Source: Mantamonas sphyraenae STR306 (lineage: Eukaryota; Protista; CRuMs). From it: 64,000 nt of DNA. Positions 58,694 through 64,000 of the stretch are shown here, piece by piece (position 1 is the first letter of the stretch; every line of letters begins with the position of its first letter). The notes beneath the pieces were generated by a model that worked only from the letters and a program-made list of their open reading frames with translations, was not told the DNA's origin and did not search any database. A program made the translations under genes and the position numbers. The stretch lies in assembly GCA_026936335.1 (NCBI GenBank), contig JAPMXV010000019.1, positions 1 to 64,000 of the forward strand. Direction: 5' to 3'.

Positions 58694-59551
58694 TCAATCC
58701 AACGCTTCGTCATGCTCTCGTTCCATGGACCGCAAGTGCTGCTTGCTGTCCTTCTTTGCAGCCGTACGCATGCGTCTCATCTTCTTGCGCACTTCCTTGT
58801 CGTGTTTTCGCAGTTGGCGCAGGGCAGGAGTATCCAGTCCCAGCTCAGCCTCCATAATGACGTTGTCGATCTCACGATGCGATGTGTCCATGGCCTGGAT
58901 GGTTTGAAGCACCGACGCAGCCGTGGCTGGTCCTTGCGAGTGCCTGTGCCTGGAAGCAGCCGCGGCCGCAACACCCGCCCCGCCTTCCAGCGAGCCCACC
59001 ACCGTTTGGATGGGCACCTCCTCCAGATCGGTCATCAGCTGTTCCAATTCACCCAAATCCTCGTCGCCCACGTGGCTGATGGTTCGTCGCACTCGTGGTG
59101 TGTTGACCGGCGACTCGTGTGCGTCGTCTGCGTCTCCCTCCTCGCTCCCACTGCTGCTGCCACTGGCCAGTCTTGGCGCCACAAACATGGGAGGTGTCAG
59201 CATGGCTTGTGGCGCACGGTGTGCCACTGCGGCTCTCCGTTCTGCTGCCGTCTTGACTCCTGGCAGCTTGTCGACTGGCCTTTGCCCTCCTCCCGACGAC
59301 GACGAGGACATCCGTTTGCGTTGCGATGGCATGGACATGCTCTTTTCGTGTCCTTCTGCATCCACCATGGTCACCATGACGCCTGCGCCCATGAGCGATG
59401 GCCCTGTGCCCTGTGGGAATGGGTACTCGTTGCCAGGGCCTGTGTCGGCATCCCAAACCACCTGTTCCAGACCATCGATGTCGGATTCCAGGTCCGCACC
59501 GTGTGAGTGGCCATGATGATGTTGGGCGTGCTTGTGTGCATGGCTGCAGTT

Positions 59552-59584
<33 letters not shown>

Positions 59585-62500
59585 CACACTGTCTGTGGAG
59601 CTCTCATCGAAGAACCCTTGCTCCTCCAGCCGACTGGCCAAACTGTCGCTGATGTGGAAGGACTTGCCATCCAGCATCTTTTGCTTGCGTTCACCGACGG
59701 CCTTTGCCGTCTGGCGAGCGCTCTCCGAGGCCACGTACGCCTCCGCCTGGGCCAGGATGTCGTACAGCGCACGGAGTTTGCCAAAGTGGACAAACGCGAG
59801 AGCAACGCCCAGCAGACCGCCCAACCCGGCAATGATGACCACATGGGTGATGCTCTGCGGATAGCAGCGCATACACACGGTGAACGCCGACCCAATGGCG
59901 ATCACAGCCAGAAGGCAAAAGAGAGCCTTCATGCTGCGGAACTGCGCCAACGAATGGCGTCCCGATCCCACCATGGAGTGCAACCACGGATGGTTTGTTT
60001 TTGCGTCGCCCAGGATGCCTCTGCGCAGGGCAAAGCACATGCGCAACACTTTGACGGAGGGTGCTTGGGCCACGACGGCAGAGGATGCCGTCACGCCGAT
60101 GCCTCCAAAGTCACCAATGGCCCCTTCTGTCGCGTACGAATGCATGTGTTGCTGTGAGGTGATGCCTGAATGGTTGCTGTTGCTCACTGAGCTACTGCGC
60201 GTCACACGACTGCCTGCGCTGCCGTCGCTTGCGTCACTGTGTCCACTGCTTGATTTGTCCAGCCCTCGCATGCCAGCCATGCCTGTGGCAGGCACGCTGA
60301 GAAACATGCTCGACTCGTTGCATGGCGCCGCACCGACGCTTTGCCGTCCGTCCTCGCCTCCGTCAGCGCCATGTGAGAGACGTGAGAGACGTGAGGCACG
60401 CGAGGCACGCGAGGCCGGTGTGACGCGAGCGGATCGTTTGTGCTGGTGGGCCTTGAGACGCGCGGACATGGCGGCGGCGTCGGAGATACAGGCGACTTTG
60501 AGTATCTCGGCGTGAGGCACGTGAGCAAGCATGGTGCCTGAGGCCACGCTGTTGAGGAGAGCGGTGTACCGCAACATGAGGACGGTCACGTAGATGGGCA
60601 GCAGGATGGCAGCAATGTCCGTGTAGAGCATGGCCGAGTTGCACTCCTCTGGATCCAGGCCAGGGAAGCGAAAGGAGCCCGTCACCGGGACCACGCCGTC
60701 CGCTTGGTAGGGACACAGAGCTGTGGCGTATGGGAATGCACCGGTGGGGAGGGAAGCCAGGTGCACGGGAGATGCCATAAAGTTTGTGTTGACGGTGAAG
60801 CGAGACGGGGTCGTGGGTGGGATGTAGTACGTGCGAGTGGTCTGCACAAAGGTGAGATTGAGGACGGTGGGAGACATCCAGGAGGCCTCCAGTTGCCACC
60901 AGGCCGGCGAGGTCAACTGCACGTTCACCACGCGTGAAATGTCCTCCAGCGTGGGCAGGGCAGGCATGTTGGTGTCATGGGAAAAGTACACCAACATGCC
61001 GTCGCCTGGACCCACATCGAAAAGGTAGGCGTCGTTGTTGACCGCACTGGAGTACTTGCGAATCTCGGTGACGCAGGGGCCCACCACGGCGCGTTGCACG
61101 GTGACCCACGAGTCGTTGGTGCTGGCCGCGAGTTGGTCCTCTGTGCGCACCGCGGTGGGCACGACGCGCAGACTTGTGGGTGGCGTGGAAGCGAGCCCCG
61201 CATACAACACCTGCGCCACACGTGGCGAGCTCCAGTGTCCAAAGACCACAGTGGGGCTGGAGATCAGCACGGACGACGCACTGCGCAGGTGCACAACAGC
61301 CTCGGCCGCCGCCGTGCTGTTGACACTCGGGCGCTGCGTGTCTTGATCAAACACCAGTTCGATCAACGTCAGAATTAGAGGCGGCGGACGAGGATGTCCT
61401 CTGTCCAACCTGCCACCTCGAGGCGACGGAGGCTGCGGCAGCAACGCATTCAAGGCAGGGATGGCCTCGGGATACACAGTGCGCACGAGGGGACCAGGCA
61501 CAGGGTGCATGAGTACACCCGTGAGCATGGGCGCCCTACGTTCACCCCAGCTACCCGTGGGGGCCACGCCCACCTTGCCTGTGAGGGAGGCCACTCCGAC
61601 AGCACTGAACATCGGTTGCACCAAACTGATGGACACCGCGTCGACCGAGTACACGGGTGTAGCACCTGCATGGGCGGTGATGGCCGTAATGTTGAGTTGC
61701 AACACGCGTGCGGACAGCCACCTGGACGACAAGCTGTTGCCGAGCACAGGACAGTGCACACGCAACACTTCGTCTCCGAGCGTCGTTTCCATGTCCTGGT
61801 CAAATTGCACACGCACCAGGTCGCCCACCGACATGATGGCATCCTGACCGGCTGTGGCCGGGTTGCCCAGAATGTGCACTGCCGTCACATGCGGTCGTGT
61901 GAGGCCACCACCGCCTCCTCCTCCTCCAGCTCCACCAGCCAAAGGGTCAACCACAAGCGACACTGCGCTGGGCGCCCACCGTGCCACGTCACGGTCTGTC
62001 ACGGCTGTGCTGACGAGTGCTACGTCTCCAGAAGGCAGCACCTGCACAGACACGGACGAATCGTTGCGCCATGGCATAAGGAGGATGGAGGACGACGCAT
62101 TGTTCTGCTCCGTCAACGTGGATGTGTCGTCGGACGCCACCACCGAGGCGTCGCTTGACACGATGCGAATCCATTCGTTGATAAGCTTCTCCACGCCGGC
62201 CACAGACGCCAGCGAGGCTGTGGATCGCGACTGGTTGAGTTGGCAGTTAAAGTGGAGCTGAACTGTGCCCACGTCACTCAGGGTGAGCTGTGTCAACCGC
62301 ACTGCCGTGCGTTTTACCCAAAACGTCACCACAGGCGCAGCGTCACGTTGCTGTGCCGTGTTGCCCTGCTGCAACACGGCACGCACTTGCACGGGGATGC
62401 CCTTTGCACTTGTTGTGTGTGTGTTGTTGTTGCTGCTGTTGTTCACCAGCGCCAATGCATCGACGTCGAGCTCGACGAGGATGGCTGTTTGCAACAGTGT

Positions 62501-64000
62501 GTTTGCGTGTGCCATGCTGCTCTGCCGATCTGCATCTGTAACCCCTTGCAGAATAAGCATGATTGTTTGCATGGCACTGTTTGTGTCTGGGTTTGTGACC
62601 GTGGTGGTGCTCACAAACACGCGTGCGTTGTCCACAAGGGACATGTTCACGCTGATGCGCTTGATCCACCGTGCCCCCTGCCCTGCCACAGGCTCCACCA
62701 ACACTTCGGCATTGAATGCTCCCACTCCCTGCAGTTCCGCCTTGAAAAGCGCCGGCAGTGGACCCGCTGCCTCTTGGATACAGCGTGTGTCCACAAACAC
62801 CGTCACGGACACATTGTCCCGCGATCCTGTGCTCCATGTGGTCGGAGTGGGTGTCGGGGTGGGTGTCGGGATGGGTGTCGCCGATGGGGCCGGAGTGGGT
62901 GTTGGTCCAGGTGTGGTGGTTGGTGACGCCGTCGGTGTGGGCGTCGCTGTCGGTGTGGGCGTCGCTGTAGGTGTGGGCGTCGCTGTCGGTGTGGGCGTCA
63001 CTGTAGGTGTGGGCGTCGCTGTCGGTGTGGGCGTCGCTGTCGGTGTGGGCGTCGCTGTCGGTGTGGGCGTCCGCGGCGTTGGCGTTGGCGTTGGGTCGGA
63101 TCCGGACAGGTGGTGTTGACGGGCAACACCTGCAGCGTCTTGTTGAGTGTGATCCATGGATCGCTTTCACATGGATGATCCGGCACGCGCATGCGAATGT
63201 ACAAGGTCACGTTGAGGGTGGTGCAGCCCGTGTTGACCGGAGCCCTGAAGAAAGTGTATGGAATCATGTAGTCCTGCTGCAGATCATTCGCCGATGCTGC
63301 GAATGACAACTCGTCAAAGGTGGCCCCAGAAGCGTCGAACCCAAACGAGTTTGGATGGGACGATGTGACGTGGCCCACCAGCTGCCCAGAACACTGGGGC
63401 GTACAGGCGAGATTGAACAAGGTGGCCAAAGGCGCTGATGTGATCGATGCACTGAACACTGGCTCTGTGTTGGTGGCAACCAGCGACGCCGCACGCTCGG
63501 CCTTGAGCGTCGTCAGCTGAAAGTCCGACGTCAGCTCACCCACCTCGGTCATGCCCACCGTGATGTTCAGTGTCAAATCCGCAGTCAATCCTTCCAGGGC
63601 AGTCACCGACGCGGGTGGAAAGTTGCAGCGCAGGTGGGTGTTGTTCACACGTGTGCCCTGGCCCTCTGCAAGAAAGGTCGGCACTCCGTTGGCGCCCTCC
63701 TTTCGGAACATGCAATTGTACGGCGGTTGCGATGTCTCGTGGATGTGTCCCTCCAGGTAGAACGACGTCGGGTCGTGTGGTCGCCGCTGCGAGGTGAAAT
63801 AGCGCGCGCAAAACCTGTGCTCTGCTGTGTTCCACGGAAGCAGCATCAGAGGCAGATTCAACCCTTGCACATTCACCGCACGCCGTACTCCCATTGCGGA
63901 CAACAGTGGGTCCCCTTCTGTACTCTGTGCAAGCGGACGCAGCCCACCCGCAACCACCATCTGTTCCGGGTTCGGCCCGTTTGCCGGTCCCTTGGTCAGC
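58694..64000 (-). CDS. Large cell-surface membrane protein (5' end probably outside window): PT linker, repeated beta-sandwich modules, polycystin-1-like TM region
   Basis: The 62998-63960 and 58694-63157 ORFs join by a -1 break near 63094. Many NxS/T sites, three TM segments, coiled-coil tail. Confidence 0.7.
62925..63095. repeat. 18-bp coding tandem repeat (PTATPT)n
   Basis: GTCGGTGTGGGCGTCGCT x ~8. Confidence 0.95.

Noticed and set aside
1-64000. Non-standard genetic code or stop readthrough
   Set aside because: TGA, TAG and TAA all end conserved proteins at the expected positions. Breaks are explained by introns or indels.
1-64000. tRNA, rRNA or snoRNA genes
   Set aside because: None recognisable by eye. 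Intronic snoRNAs (e.g. in NACA introns) would need a covariance-model search.

Overview
This window is the left end of a linear eukaryotic chromosome. A (CCCTAA)n telomere at 1-200 is followed by an extremely gene-dense, GC-rich region with about 30 protein genes, short GT-AG introns with RCTRAC branch points, and intergenic gaps often only 8-70 bp. The gene set (RP2, Fused/STK36, site-1 protease, HRI-like eIF2a kinase, NOL8, pelota, PIG-W, MMTAG2, NACA, MED13, 12-TM adenylyl cyclase, NAXE, HUS1, acyl-CoA oxidase) points to a compact flagellated protist; I cannot name the species. The first 10 kb is a subtelomeric block of orphan genes: a probable nuclear protein with four copies of an unrecognised domain, an LRR protein with a C-terminal F-box-like motif, and a secreted, very basic repeat protein with a glycine-zipper hairpin. 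Main points of interest: (1) an alphaproteobacterial-type PhaB that has gained a PTS1 signal, next to a bacterial DUF4910 gene; (2) divergent start codons only 51-68 bp apart, with an A-run just upstream of many ATGs; (3) C/G skew domains that ignore gene orientation, so some introns lack polypyrimidine tracts; (4) about 12 small frame breaks at short base runs, most likely long-read assembly errors but testable as recoding. All calls come from reading the sequence and recalled family motifs; no searches were run.
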